Shown here one piece after another: positions 1 through 13,129 of a DNA stretch of 64,000 nucleotides. Source of the stretch: the human T2T-CHM13v2.0 reference genome, Homo sapiens; the NCBI RefSeq assembly GCF_009914755.1, contig NC_060941.1; one strand, written 5' to 3'. The notes under the pieces are model-generated. The model ran no database searches and was not told the origin of the DNA. It worked only from the letters and a program-made list of their open reading frames with translations. The stretch's first letter is position 1. Each line of letters starts with the position of its first letter. A program made the translations under genes and the position numbers.

Positions 1-99
1 ACACACGGACCTAAACGCACAGCCAAGACCTCACCCGCAGGCTCGTAAGTCACTGGAAAAATATTAAAGCGTTCCCTCCCTCCCCTCCTCTATCTTTGA

Positions 100-1990
100 C
101 ATACACACGCCTGCGCGCGCGCGCACTCTTACACTCACACCCCCCGTCCCTAAGCGCGTCGGAGCCTCGCAGCGGGTGACCCCGAGGCCCCGCGGTGAGA
201 GCCAAGGGAGCGTCTCCCCGGCGCCCCCTCCTCCCGCTCCCTTCCCGAGCTCATCTCTCGCCCCCCCGCCCGCCTCCTCCTTCCCTGCCCCCTCCTCCTC
301 CTCCCTTCCCCCGAGTCTGGGGCGCGGGCTGCGCGCAGCCAAGCCCCCTCATCGCGCGCCCCTCCCCGCGCGCGCCCCGCGCCAGCATCGCGCTTACCGA
401 GTGGATGCGGCCACGGGGCCGTCTCTAATTACCTCCTGACCCCCGGCGGCCTGTGAATAATGGCTACTGAGGGCGCTCGCAGGGGCTGCTAAGAAGGAAA
501 CGCGGGGCGCGAGAGGCGCGGCGCGCGCGGGAGCGCGAGGGAAAGGAGCGAGCCTGGGGCCGTTGCAAGCGGCTGGCGAGAGAAAGGATTCGTGCGAGCG
601 CTCACATTTGTTTCTCCCAAGGATCTCATCTGGCCACCGCGTTCTGGAAGAGGCGAGAGGGAGAGCGTGCGCGAGAGGAGAGAGACGGCGGGGGAAAGGG
701 AGACGGCGAGACGCGCAGCGCCGGCGCCCGGGAGACCCAGGAGGAGCCCGCAGGTATTGTTGGCGGCGGAGCTTTGTGTTTTCGGCGGGCTGCTGTGGGC
801 GCCAGGGCTCCCCGAGCCCCCGGCCCGCCGCCGCGCGCAGACCTGCCCGGAGTCCGGGGCTGCAGGCTGGGGTCGCCGCCCGCCGCGGACACCCCTCCCG
901 CGGCGCCAGGATCTTGGCTGGAGTTGCGGATTTGCATGTTTGGGGGTTTTCCACGCTGGTTGAGGGAATCGGTCTCAGAAGAAGGAATTTCTTTCTTTCC
1001 TTTTTTTTTTTTTTTTTTTTGGCCGCTTTTGGCCACAGTTTGGTTGTGCTGGGGATTCCCCCCTCCCCTTTCCTCCACAAAGCATTGGTGAGCGGTCTTG
1101 ACGAATGTGGTATTGGCGGAAGGCATGGGGCTGAGATGGCGGGGCTGGTGGCCACGGATGGGGAGGCGAGAGATGCCAGAGAAGGAAGGAGTTCTGTTCA
1201 AGTTCGCAATCTGCGCCCCGAAGCTGGTCGGACCGGGGAGGGCGATCCGCGCGTCCGATCCTGCTCCGGGCAACCGATGGGAAACTTCCCGAGAGCGCGG
1301 CCTCCCTGGGGACTCGGCGCCCCTGACGCCTCCAGGCGCTTCCTCGGGCCGCTGCGGCCCCTCCTCGCCGCCCGCCAGCGCTTAAGGTCGCGCTCTCCCC
1401 ACCCCCGCCTTCCTCCCTTCCCCGGCGGCTTCCGGATCTGGACAGAGCTGCAGGAGTGGCTTCAAACACTTCCCCTGGAGACCCCTCCCCACTCCCCGCA
1501 CGAGAGCCTGCCCAGTGGCCCCCCTGCCCTGCGCCCCAGTCTCACGCGCGGTCGAGTGGCCAGGCTGACAATGAAATCTCGCACCTCTGCCGTGGGGGAG
1601 TGGGGTGGGGAGGAGGTCCCTCCTGGGGCTGCTGACCCTGGGCCTCGGGCAGGGGGAGGGGGCTCCTGGGGGAGGGGCTTGTTTTGGTTAGAGACGTCGA
1701 CCTGGGATGGCGCCGGGGCAGGGAGGGGGCTGGGGGGTGGGCGCGGCGAAGGCGGCAGGCTTGGGTTCGCGGCCGGGGGTCGTGGATGGCAGCCCCTCTT
1801 GGGCTTGGTGATTGGCTGGTGACTTCAGGCACGTCGAGGGCCCCTCCAACCTCAGCCTCCTCCCCTCTGGTACAATGCGGGCTGAAAGAGGTGATCCCGA
1901 GGGTGCTGTGCTTGTGTGACGAAGTGTTTGTCTCCTGCGATCCTCAGCAGACGCTGCTCCGGTGACCCGGAGATCCGGACGCCTCGACCC
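100..1990. promoter_or_regulatory. CpG island / promoter region, probably of a minus-strand gene
   Basis: Very high GC and dense unmutated CpG (gcgcgcgcgcgc, ggcgcggcgcgcgcggg). Minus-strand donor-like sites CGG|GTGAGG (exon end 35), TCG|GTAAGC (398) and GAG|GTAATT (434). Confidence 0.88.
1001..1020. repeat. poly(T)20 tract inside the CpG island
   Basis: 20 consecutive T, no adjacent Alu body. Confidence 0.95.
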
Positions 1991-3269
1991 CTCCCTCAGG
2001 GCCGGGAGGAGAGGAGGATGAAGGGGGAGGAGAGTGATGGGAACTTCTCCTTTCCCATTGAGGCCATGGGAAGGGAATGCTAGCCCAGAAAATTTCTGGG
2101 GACCGCAGTTCTGAGGCGGGGACTCAATCCAAGGGGGGACCACCGGGTCAGAGGCTTCCCGGCACGCAGAAGCCCCCAGATTATTTTGCTCCATCGGGGG
2201 ATGCAGAGGAAGGGGAGAGGTGGAAGAGCGAAGGGCTAGCTGGACTGGCGTTGCGGGGGTGGAGAGCCCGTGGAAATCAGCCTTAATTGGATTCCCAGGC
2301 AAGCAACCAGGCTATCAAGGTGCCCCCTCCCCTTTTTCTTCCTGGGGTAGAGAGCCAGGTCCAGAGACACCAAGCTGGCAACCCAGGCAGGTGAAGGCAA
2401 TTCCTCTCCCTACTTAAAAAGAGAATTCCTGGGGGAGAGGGGAGGCACCTTTTGAGAGGGAGGGGGGCGGCTAGACTGTGTTCAGGCTGTTCTGTCTCTT
2501 GGTCCAGGAATAGAAAGAGTTAACCCTCCCCCAGAAATTTGTCAGCCCCCACACAGCAGGGAAACATTGTTGGACCCTCTGACATGCTAACAGTGTGACA
2601 CCGGCTGACTGGAGCTAGCAGATTCTAGACCCTGGACTCCCCCTTCAAAGCCCAACAGGACTCGGCTGGGTGGTGCCTTGTTCAGGGACCTTGTGGGAGG
2701 CGGAAATGAGAGCCCAGAGAGGGTCAGGCAGCAAAGCAGTGGCCTTGTGGCCCGGAGGGAAGAGGGGTTACAAGCCAGGGCCATCGGAAACTGGAAGGGA
2801 AGTCACCATGGGTCTGGGGTAGAGGGAAGGGAGAGGCCCTTCTACCCTTTGCCCAGACTCCTGAGCAAGGCTTTGCCCTGCTCCCCACCCTTCCCACACA
2901 CCCACTCAGCTGCAGGCCTGGCCATTAAATGTGGGTGTCTGACCCATAGGTTGGACCATGAGACCCTAGTGGCTGAGGGAGGCCTGGGTGAGGCTCTGGG
3001 AGGCAGGACTGAAACCAGCAGGGATTCACTGCTGCTCATGCCCTATGGCACAACCCCCTTATTTATGGGGCTGCCTTCCCTTCCCCAGACCTCGAGTTTC
3101 CGTTTTCAAGAACCTTTTTCTTCCTATCTTCCTTAGGGCCCCCAGGGCCTAGCACACAGCAGTCACTCACAGTGTCCTGTATTTGTCCAGCTAAATGGAG
3201 TGAATGAATCAGTGGTGAATGAATGAAAAGGGAAAGTTTCTCAATTGGAAGCATCTAGCCCTTGTGGTT

Positions 3270-3690
3270 TTTTTTAAACCTTTTTGAAATATATATTGTA
3301 AAATAGCATTCACAGAAAAGCTGAAAAAAAAGAGAAAAATAAGGTTATTGACAGTCTTAGAGGGCTCTGACAATGTTAGTATTTTGATGTAGTTCTTCCC
3401 AGTCCTTTTCGACTCGGTGGTTGGTTTGTTTTTTAAAGACTTTGTCGTCATTCTCTATATTCAGATGTATATCCTGCTTGCTTTGCCGGCATAATGTGAG
3501 CCTTTTCCTGTTTTGTAACCAATGCTTCATAAACACCATGGTTAATGTCTTCAGGCTTTTCCAATCAAGTGGATGTACCATAATTTACTTAATATTCCCC
3601 TTTTGTCCAACATTCTGGATGTTCCTGATGAATGATGTAGTGGATATATTTTGTATAGCTTTTCTTGATACTTAAAATGATTTGCTCAAA
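3270..3690 (-). mobile_element. Ancient L1 (L1M/L1ME-like) 3' fragment
   Basis: AT-rich block with old-L1 3'UTR phrases (ggatgtaccataatttacttaa...aatgatgtagtggatatatt). Confidence 0.55.
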
Positions 3691-3799
3691 ATGCCACTGC
3701 TGATGCCGAAGGCTCCGACTGCCTGCAGTGGGAGAAACGGCTTCTCTAGTTTTCCTTGGATAAATGGGACACTATTTTTCCTTCCCCACAATCTAGAAC

Positions 3800-4045
3800 C
3801 TTCCATCAGAGCCGAAAAGAGCCTTGGCAATGAATCACCTATCTGACCTCCCTCCTTTGACAGAAGAGGAAGCCAGAGCCCAGAGAGGGGAAGCGAGTCC
3901 CAAGGTCACACAGCAGTTGCTGGGCTATGCAGCAGCGAAGACCCAGCTACTGATTTGCCATGTTGGTTTTCGCATCTGAAAAGATTCCTGAGGTCTTTAA
4001 GGCTGACCCTGCCCATTTCACAGATGGGGGGACTGAGACCCGAAG
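3800..4045 (-). mobile_element. MIR/MIR3 fragments
   Basis: tttgacagaagaggaagccagagcccagagagggg...caaggtcacacagc and cccatttcacagatgggggg match the antisense MIR core. Confidence 0.65.
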
Positions 4046-4609
4046 CTTACCCCTGGTGCCGCCAGCTGGAGCCCCAGACAGGCTTCTCGGCCCTCCTGGG
4101 CCACCCCCGACTGGGTGTGTTCACGGGATCTGGCGGCTACAGGCTCCCTGTTGCCCGCCCCACCTGCCCACCACAGTTCCCCTTCCTCTTTGCCATCCCA
4201 TTCTCCAGACAAAAAGCTGAGGATCCAAAGCAGATGCAGTGAGGGGGTGGGACTGTAGGTCTCTGGGGACCCTAGTGGTTGCGTCCTTGCCCCATGCCTC
4301 AGTTTACTTGTCAGAGACCTAACCTTGGATCTGTTCAGGAGCAGAGGCAGATGTTGGCACAGATATGAGGTATGAAGGAGTGGTGTGGGGGATGGGGTGC
4401 ACCTTAAAATCTCTCTCTGGCCCGAGATTCACCCCAGGAGACCCCCCGGGGAGAAGGGAAGGAGAGAGAGAGGGAAGAAAGAGTTGAAGCAGAGACAGTA
4501 TTCCCCATCAGAGGACAGGGACTTTCTGCCCCCTCCCCTGCAGCACACCAACCATCCGTGTGCCTCTGATCCTGCTTGTGTATTGCTTAAGGGGTTTGTG
4601 TGCCTTCCA

Positions 4610-4790
4610 GCTTGGGCATGTGTTGTGCATGCGTGCCTCTGTGTGTGTGTGTGTCCGTCCCTGTGTGTGTCCCCTCTGTGGTGTCAGTCTCTGATCCCAT
4701 TTGTGCATTTCTGGGGGGAAGGGAGGGTGCCCCCGAGCTCGGTCTTGTGTGTGCGCGTGCATGCATGTGTGCATGTCTGTGTGTGAGCAC
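4610..4790. repeat. Degenerate (TG)n-rich simple repeat
   Basis: Multiple tgtgtg/gtgcat runs. Confidence 0.75.
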
Positions 4791-7700
4791 ACTGTTTCCT
4801 CCTAATGGCCCCAGGAGGGATCCAGGCATCAGGCTTTTGTGCTGCTTCAAGGTTGTGGCTGGGTGGGCGAAGAGAGGGAAGGCCTTCGACAGGGAGGGGT
4901 GGGGTTGAGGGAGGCAAAAGAAAATCTTAAAAGACCGTCTTCCCTCTGGTCTCCAAGGAGATCAGGCTGTGAAATGATCCGCACGTTAATTAAAAACGAT
5001 TATATCCTGATTGAGCCATTCCTGCTCACATCCCCCAGCCAGGGAGAGGAAGAGGCTGAGAGCAGAGGATGCAGAATGGGGTAGGGTCCAATGGCAGGGC
5101 ATAGCCAGGTGGAGCCACAGCCCACGGAGGGGAGCACAGGCTGGGGGAGTCAAGTGGGAAGGTGTTGAGGGGCACGTGCCCAAGTCTGATTGGAGCTTCT
5201 CCTTTGAATTTTAGGGACTCTCTTCCAGTGGTGGTCTCTGAGATCCCAGGAGTGGGTGGCAGCCACCCAGCCCCATGGATCTCCACTCATATTCTAGGCA
5301 CTGAGCTTGTTGTTTGCACAGATCCTGCAAGTCAGCGCTTGTGGTTCCAGTTTTACAGAGAAGTGACATGCTTGAGGTCATGCAGCCAGGAGTTGGGAGC
5401 CCCAGATTGGACCCAGTCCTCTGACCCCGAGGCCCAGATGCCCTTCATAGCTCCTAGCTGCCCCCAGATTCCCACCATGAGCCCCTACCTCTGCAGGACC
5501 CCTGGGAGGCTGGGGCCTACCATGACAAGAACTTCTCCATGGCGCCCCTGAGGTGGTTCCTTGCTGAGGTCCGAGCAGCACAGGGCTGGGCGGCTGTGAT
5601 GTCCATTCACGTGGGGAGCTGGGTGACTCACTAGCCTGGAGCAGCCTTGGGCTGACTCAGGTCACCTTTGCCAACCTGGGCAAGGCCTGCCTCGCCCCAC
5701 CTTGCTCCTCCCCAACACTGGCTCATGGTTCCACAGCAGACCAGCCACAGGTGCCCCGTGAGGCTCAAGACACTGTATCCACACTGCTGGGTACCTGTGC
5801 CATGTCTTTTCTGGAAGGAGTCTGGGCCTGGTCACGCTGGGCCTTGCCTGGTTATCTGTCTGCTGTAAGCCTTGTAAGGACTACGGTGGTAGAAAAGAGT
5901 AGTGGTAACAATAAACCAGACGACCCTCCACCTCCACCCCAGCATCAGGTGTTGCGGGGTTCACAAGCGTGGCAGATCTCAGCATTTGTGGGACCTGCCT
6001 GCTGCCATACCTCTGCCCACTCCCATCCACCCATGTGCCACCTCTGTGTTCCCTGAGCCCAGCTTCTCCGAGAGGAGGAGACCCACTGTGGCTTGGCCAC
6101 ACCCAGAAGCAAGTGAGATCGCTGGCCACGAGTGGGGGCTTTTTCTGCTTCTCTGAGCCTCAGTTTCCCCTTTGTATAATGGGGATGATAGCTTTTTCGG
6201 GAGAGGACTGACAAGAGAGTAAGGAAAACCAGGTCAAGTTTGTTCAAGTGCCTGGCAGCCCTGGAACGCACACAGAGGCCCATTTGTGCATTTGTGCAAC
6301 TGTCCATCCGTTCAGGGCACTTGTGTGTTGCCACAGGCCTTGGGTTTGCTGGCTTCTGGGGAGGGACACACACTGTCACATTTCAGTGCTTTCTAGGAGA
6401 CAGTCTGGGGCTCAGGTGACTGTCATCTCAGCATGAGCCTCTAGGGGGCAAAGATGCTCACTGGACCCACCTGAGGCTATGTTAGCAAAGGTAGAGTGGG
6501 AGAAGGGAGAGATGTTTCTGCTGGGGTAGGTCCTAGTGAGATTTGCTGAACCTGGTCCCACATCTTAGCAGGAGCCAGAAACAGTATCACGAGGCATCAG
6601 AGGGGCGGGCAGAACAGGAAGTCAGCATCCACCTGTTCCCCAAGGCAGAACTGGGAGAGAGGCAGGCAGATGTTCACTCATTCCACAAAAAGCCCTTTGC
6701 ACTGAAGCAGGCAGAGAGACCCTGCCTGCGCTGGGTCATCCCTGCAAGATGCCACCTTTCAGGAGAACAGTTTTTGTGATGTTGGTATCTGCCTTCCTCC
6801 TAAATATCCCCTTCCTGCCCTTCCCAGGGCCTGAAATGCTTCCGTTAGTCACTGCCGAGGTCAGAGCATGGAAGGCCCTGATTAAAATGCAAACTGTTAC
6901 TTGGAGGAGTGATCAGAAGATGAACTCATGTTTGCATAATGCAGAGGCCACCCACCCCTAGGCCCCGCAGGGCCGGGCAGGCAGTGCTGATGGGGTTGTG
7001 GTGGCTGCCTGGCCCTCATGGGGCGCGGTAGCTCAGCTCTGCCAGGGCAGCCCATGGGGATGCAGCCCATGGCGCCTGTTGCCCACTGTCTCAGGAACAG
7101 GATTAGATGTTGACATGACACTTCCTGGTCTGTATATGTTGTCACCTAATTCAGCAGCACCCCTACGACCAGATTTAGACCTGGGGCCACTAGTGCAGCC
7201 TCCTGGCTTCATTGCTGCTGCCCAGTGATCACTGTGACCATCCTGCAATACAAGTGGGGCAGGGACGGCAAAGCTGGGGCTCCCAGAGGGGAGCTCCCCT
7301 GCCCAAGTCTAGGCCAGTGAGGCCCTGCCAGGGCTGAGGTGTCATATGAGGTGCTGTCACCAGACTGGGGGACCGAGGCACAAGATGAGACTTTGTTGGC
7401 CCAGGAGGGTAGGCTGGAGGAGGCCTTTCCAAGTGTGGCACGGGGCGGAGAGGCAGAGAAGCTTTGCCGGTGTCACTCTTCTGTGGGTGTCCCAGCCACA
7501 GGGGCCTTACTTCGGGCCCACTCGCAGCCTGGGACCTTGGGCTAGAGTCCCTGAGTGGCCGAGAGAGAGCCCTTTCTAGGAAGCAGGGCAGGCGATGCCC
7601 AAGGAGGCAGGCTCTGCAGGAGCTGGGAACTGCCAGAGCATCAGGCATGGTGCCAGCCTGGTATGCTTCTCATACCCACCCAGCCCTTGGTAGCCCTCCT

Positions 7701-8639
7701 AGAGGTGAGGACGTGGGAGCAGAGGGGCCACACACATAGGGTGTCGGGACCAGCCTGAACCGGGTCAGCCTGACCCTGCACTTGGGGTGCCTGGCGGCCA
7801 GGCCTGTCCTGCACATCTGATTCATGCCTCGTTTACAGGCTGTGTTTCATTCCCTTCAGTCCTTCCACAGTGTCTGCTGATGGCGCCAAGGTTCTGGCCC
7901 AGATGCCCTGGCGAAGGCACCCAAAGGGACAGGGGCTGGGTCTCCAAGGGGAAGCATTTTGCTGCAGAAGGAAGGGTGTTGGCTGCAGGACACAGCATGC
8001 CAGAGGCCTGGGGGTGTGGGTGGCGAGCAGGTGGGATTGGGGAGGTGGAGGCAGGGACTGAGGCCAAAAAGGAGTCTGGGCCTTGACTGCTTGAAGGGTT
8101 TTATCTTGAAGGCAGTGGGAAAAGATGGGTGCTCTGGGCAGTGAGCACCGCTGGAGCAAAGTCTCGGCAGTGGGAACACACAGGGACAATGAGGAGAGGC
8201 TTAAGAGGATCAGAAGAGGACCCAGGTGGGGCCTCAGTTTCCTCCCTGAGAACTCCTGAGTCCTCTGGGGTGTGGGCTGGATGAGAGCAGCCTCCCTCCT
8301 CCTGGAGCTGCTGTGCAGGCCTAGAATGCTGGTCTAGAGGGAAGCAGGGACCTGACCATCTCCCCAACCTCTTGCCTAAGCCCAGAGCAGCTCGGCCTAG
8401 CCCTGCATCCCCTGTGAGCTGAGCACTGGGAGGGACTGTTCAGTCTCGGCTGAGAAGTAGGTGATGGTCCTGGGGGACTGATAATTAAAGCTCAGCAGAT
8501 TATAATTCCCTGAAAGAAAGCTCAGCACAGAGAGGGAGGAACAGTGCCCAGAGCCTTGGCACAGGCTGGAGGAGGATTGCTGGGGGAGGTGGTGGTGGGG
8601 GGAATAAGAATGATACCTGGAACCATCGTGTTCAGAGCT

Positions 8640-8830
8640 TCCTCTCGGTGAGGCCTCCTAGGTGCCCAGCCCTGGGCACTTTGCTGTTTCCAGTCTTCAG
8701 ACCCTCCTTGCCAATGAAAGGTTCCTGCCATCCCCATTTTACAGATGAAGAAACTGAGGCTTGGAAAGGTCTGGCAACTGTGGTTCAAGGCCCATGGCTG
8801 GTAAGAAGTGAGCCTGCGGCTAAACCCTGG
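8640..8830 (-). mobile_element. MIR
   Basis: catccccattttacagatgaagaaactgaggc, the antisense MIR core. Confidence 0.8.
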
Positions 8831-9489
8831 GCTGTGTTGGGAGCGTTGGCCTCCTTACTGAGAAGAAGGCACTGCTTAACTCAGAGAGAGGCTGTCTGAT
8901 GGCAGAGTCCTGGGCAGGCCACAGGCCTGAAGCAGGAACAGGTTGGAGCAGGGAAGACCCCTCAGGACATTCCCCATGTTTGTGGCCTTCTGTCTGGGAG
9001 AGGGGGATGGGATCAGGGGTCACACTGTGGTGACTGGATCTGCCATTCACTTAGTCACCTGTTGTGTGATGCCAGGCAGGTGACGTCCTTCCTTGGGCAT
9101 CTCCTCTATAAAGGGCTTGTGTTCTCCTGGGGTTTGCAGGCTTCTTTAAGAATCTCTTCCTCCCTCATTAATCCTACAGGTCCCAACTGAGCCTGTTCTC
9201 ATGCCAGGAGCTCCTGGCACACTCCTTTCATCACCTGCCGGAGCTGGGCTCTATTATCATCCCTATTTGACAGAAGAGCACACCAAGGCCCAGAGGCTAC
9301 TGCTGCCTGGCGGTCAGCCTTCTCCTCACCAGTTAAACCTGCTTCGTGCAGTCCTGCTGCCCAGCTTGTTGCTCCTGCCTGTCTCCTTGGCCCTGCCTGG
9401 AAGACCCTCACTTTCCCATGCCCTGTGCAGAGCCTACCACCTCCTCTGCCATCTCTTCCACAGAGAGGCCAGGGCTTGAGCACATAGGC

Positions 9490-9750
9490 CAGAGGTTGTC
9501 CTCTGGCAATGCCCCCAGGTGGGCGCTGTTTGGCCAGCCCAGGCTTTTAAAAATAACATTGGATTTCACATAAAAATTCTACATTTTGCTTCCCTGAAAA
9601 AAAAAATCAGGTCGGCATTGCAGGGCCACACACCCACAGGGCACTATCGGCAGAGCTACCATGGGACTGCCACCTTCTGAGTCACCTGGTTCCCTGCAGT
9701 TCCCACTCATGTGCCAGCTGGGCCCTGGCACTCTGGAGCTTGCCACCCTG
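9490..9750. mobile_element. hAT-Charlie fossil (MER102-like)
   Basis: ttcacataaaaattctacattttgcttccctgaaaaa...gagcttgccaccctg resembles the MER102 consensus as I recall it. Confidence 0.5.
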
Positions 9751-10069
9751 CTTAGACCTGGGTTCCTGCCCTGGCATCCTGGCTTTCCCTGATCCGAGGC
9801 AGATTCTATCTTTGAAGCTCATCTAGTAAATGTCAAAACTGAGAAACTGATTCCAAACTGGGTCTTAGTGTTTTCTGAGAATTCTCCAGGCCAGAAAGAA
9901 AAAGAAAGGGTGCACCAGATGCGGGGCACTGCGTGGGGAAAGATAAGGAGGTGTGAAAGGATGCAGAATGCTTGGGGAATAATACCATGTTCTCCTTGCC
10001 TGTTAAGTACTTGGTTGGCAATGCCTGAATACTAACACCAATCAGATTCTGCTTGTTCTATAAGATGAT

Positions 10070-10260
10070 TCATTCATTCCAGGCATTCAGATGACCCTCA
10101 CAGCATCCCTGATAGAGCACCATTGTGGGTGCTTTTATTCTCATTTTCAGCAGATGAGAACACTGGATCTCAGGGAAGTGACATGGCACGCCCCAGGTCC
10201 CAGTAAGGGCAGGACCCTGACAAGAATTCCGACTCCTGACTCCCAGTCCAGTGCTCGTTC
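10070..10260 (-). mobile_element. MIR
   Basis: attctcattttcagcagatgagaacactggatctcagggaagtgacatggc. Confidence 0.65.
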
Positions 10261-10845
10261 TCTCTAAGACACTGGAAAAATTGGCTCTTAGGTGGGCTTC
10301 TTTCTCTGGCACATTTTTTAAATGCTCCTTTAGTTAATATGCAGGAGGGATTTCCATGTTCTCGTACATAACCTTTTGCTGAAGTGACAACGTGCGATAA
10401 AAGGGTCCCAGGAGAGCCAGTGTAATTTGGGCTGTGAGGGACAGAGAATACCAATGCAGAAGCCTCTGCAGAAGGCCTGGCTGCTCCTGGGGGCTGGGAG
10501 ACCCGGGGCCCCCTCACCACCCAATGCAAAGGTCTGGCCATCTTGGGCCCTGGGACCACGTGTACGTTCTGATTCGTCTTCCACTGCTTGGTTTATTTTT
10601 CTCACGTTTTTGGGTGAGGATCTTGGTTCCTAGAGGAGGGAGGTCTAGGCAGAGAGAAAATGAGCATCCAGGACAGGGGGAGAGATTGAGGAGGATGCCT
10701 GAGGCAGACGTTGAAGCCTTGTTTCTAGTCAAGCACTGGCTAGTTGGGGGGTATCAGACAAAGGGGTCCACATAGAAGGCAAACTGAAGGGCATGTTCAA
10801 GTGCTGTTCACGCCTGCCTTTAGCCCCCAACGACCAAAAGGGGGC

Positions 10846-11050
10846 TTGGCATAGCGAGACCCTCTCTCTACAATTTTTTTTTTTTAATTTAGCCAGGCAT
10901 GGTGGTGGGTGCCTGTGGTCCCAGCTACTCCAGAAGCTGAGGTGGGAGGAACACCTGAGCCCGGGAGGTCAAGGCTGCCATGAGCCAAGATTGTACCACT
11001 GCACTCCAGCCTGGGTGAAAGAGCGAGACCTTGTCTCAAAAAAATAAAAA
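10846..11050 (+). mobile_element. 5'-truncated AluJ
   Basis: Right arm with J-type diagnostics (gtggtcccagctact, gagcccgggaggtcaaggctgc, gagaccttgtctc) and A tail. Confidence 0.9.
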
Positions 11051-11547
11051 GTTGGGGGGATGTTAAGGAGGTTCCAGTTAATTGTGGCTGATTCTAAATT
11101 GGGAGGCCTAACAAATGGTACTTATCCTCCCGTGGGAGCAGACCAGGGCTAACCAAGGCCGCTGGGAATGGGGGTCATGGAGACAGAGCCCCTTTTCCCT
11201 CCCACCCACCTGAAGGCTCCAAGAACTTCCACTGCAGAGGTGTCAGGGACGGACCTGGTGCAGACCAGTGGGCCCACACCTGCTTTCCTATGTGCGGGTC
11301 AGAGCGTGTAGGTGTATTACATGCCTGCCTGTGTGTCTGCGTGTGAGCTCCTTGGACACACACAGGGGCACATATCTGTGCTTGCATGTTTGTACATCTA
11401 AGTGTGTGCGTATCTGTGTGTTCTGACACCAGCTCGCGACACCAGCTCGCCCTCCACAAAGCTATTTCCAGGCCCCATTCCCCAAGAACAGCCATCTCTC
11501 TCTCCTTTCCCACCTGACATGGGGCAGGGAGGAGAGAATCTGTTTGA

Positions 11548-12277
<730 letters not shown>

Positions 12278-12544
12278 TGATTTAGAAGTGGCCTGGGCTG
12301 CTCCAGGAGGTAGTGAGTGCCCCATCTTAGGTGGGTAGGTGTGCAAGCAGATGCCCAACCTGTGCCTTCCTCTCTTTTGTGGTCCCTTCTAAGCGCAAAG
12401 TGCCTAGGGCTGTGTATCTCCTGGCGGCAGTTCTGAGGTGGCCCTATTTTGCCAACCCAGCCTGGTTGGAGGGACTGACAGGGCTTCTGCCCCTAGGTGT
12501 CCCCTGAACTTGGCCCACAAAAGGCCTGAGGAATATAGGGGACT

Positions 12545-12760
12545 GTGATTGTGTGTGTGGTGTGTGATGTGTGACAGTGGACTTGTTTGTGTATCTGTGT
12601 TATGTGTGTGCATCTGTGTATGGTGTGTGTACTTGTGCGGGTGGGGCTTCAAGGGTTGAGTGTGGATATCCATGTTGTGAGTGTGCATTGCGCATGGCCC
12701 TGGAGGATGGGGGGACATTTCTGGGCTGTGTGGGTATTGACTGTGAACTGTGAGTATGTG
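12545..12760. repeat. Degenerate (TG)n-rich simple repeat
   Basis: gtgtgtgtggtgtgtgatgtgtg-type runs; a similar block lies at ~11290-11425. Confidence 0.7.
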
Positions 12761-13129
12761 CACTTGGGCCAGTGGAGGTGTTTGTGGCTAGAACGTGTCT
12801 GGAGGGAACTGTGCTGAGACCCCCACCGCCTCTGTCCTGGTTCATTCCTTCCCACCCCAGGCTCCTCTCATGGCCCCTGCCCCCAGGTCAGACCTGGGAG
12901 GCTCTCAGTCATCCCAAACTCTGACCATTCATGCTCTCCCTCCCAGAGACCTTGGCACCTGCCAGCACTGCTCTTGACTTTGTCCTTGCTCTGGGATAAG
13001 AGCAGGCCCAGCAGATGGCCGAGAGGTCCCAAGGAACAGAGGAACAGGCGGGGAGGAGGCCCAGTCACTGCTTAGCTTCTCTGTAGGAGATGTAGAAGGA
13101 AGTGGGTCTTTGTGTTTCTGCAGCATCTG

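Noticed and set aside
563-1822. 419-aa + strand ORF and overlapping 253/215-aa - strand ORFs
   Set aside because: The 419-aa ORF has a non-ATG start. All are Arg/Gly/Pro/Ala-rich, read through a T20 tract and overlap in several frames, typical of stop-poor CpG-island DNA.
2400-3260. Possible processed pseudogene or terminal exon
   Set aside because: No recognisable parent protein, poly(A) tail or TSD; the GAAT end is explained by an L2 tail.
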